Source: a virus (taxonomy: Duplodnaviria > Caudoviricetes). From it: a stretch of 64,000 nucleotides of DNA. Position 1 is the stretch's first letter. The number at the start of each line of letters is the position of its first letter. The position numbers were made by a program, and so were the translations under genes. The notes beneath the pieces are model-generated. The model was not told where the DNA came from. It saw nothing but the letters and a program-made list of their open reading frames with translations, and made no database searches. This document shows positions 63,914 through 64,000 of the stretch, in pieces. The DNA is taken from the IMG/VR virus record IMGVR_UViG_2841277917_000004, positions 1 to 64,000 of that record; one strand, written 5' to 3'.

Positions 63914-64000
63914 ATGAAAAATCCTCTAGTAATTTACGATTCATTAACAGGTAATGTTGATCGTTTTGCATCACGATTAGAGTATAGAAAAATGAAATTG
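63914..64000 (+). CDS. nrdI: NrdI flavodoxin (5' part; runs off the window)
   Basis: MKNPLVIYDSLTGNVDRF matches the NrdI N-terminus. Confidence 0.75.
   Translation, partial: MKNPLVIYDSLTGNVDRFASRLEYRKMKL

Larger units (their letters stand above)
1100..64000. mobile_element. SPbeta-like (Spbetavirus-type) prophage segment, early/regulatory and replication region, possibly defective
   Basis: aimR/aimP-like pair, yopQ/yopR-like pair, YopX, yorG-yorL-like replication block, ligase, nrdI; dense small genes; lower GC than 1-1100. Confidence 0.85.

Noticed and set aside
1-64000. Genome-wide TAG recoding
   Set aside because: Many genes end properly at TAG (e.g. SEFIR, lytTR, aimP) and long genes are not interrupted
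1-64000. tRNA, rRNA or virion structural genes
   Set aside because: None recognised by eye; a tRNAscan/Infernal run would be needed to exclude small RNAs

Overview
About 1.1 kb of Bacillales host-like DNA (3' end of a lanthipeptide-dehydratase-type gene and a headless membrane-protein gene) joins at ~1100 a very AT-rich SPbeta-like prophage segment that fills the rest of the window. The host is probably Brevibacillus/Paenibacillus; this is inferred, not shown. The prophage part carries, in order: a SEFIR/TIR defence-type gene; an HNH nuclease; an agr-like peptide-signalling operon with no kinase and no receiver domain (membrane protein, AgrB, an AgrD missed by the ORF track, stand-alone LytTR); a TubR/TubZ partition module; an orphan MazF; an arbitrium-like RRNPP receptor frameshifted by a 7-bp duplication, followed by a missed propeptide with two DAGERP copies; an SPbeta yopQ/yopR-like repressor pair; a long array of small genes; the SPbeta-type replication block (SSB, AAA ATPase, DnaB, primase, RecJ, DnaE); a DNA ligase; an MciZ-like micro-ORF; several secreted morons; and the start of nrdI. 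Two dispersed motifs stand out: an operator-like ATAAAATWATGTAT at promoters and an 18-bp palindrome ATRAAA-N6-WTTYAW at about 20 gene junctions. No virion genes, intact integrase, tRNA, rRNA or CRISPR array were seen, and several genes show decay. All family calls come from motif recognition by eye, not database searches.
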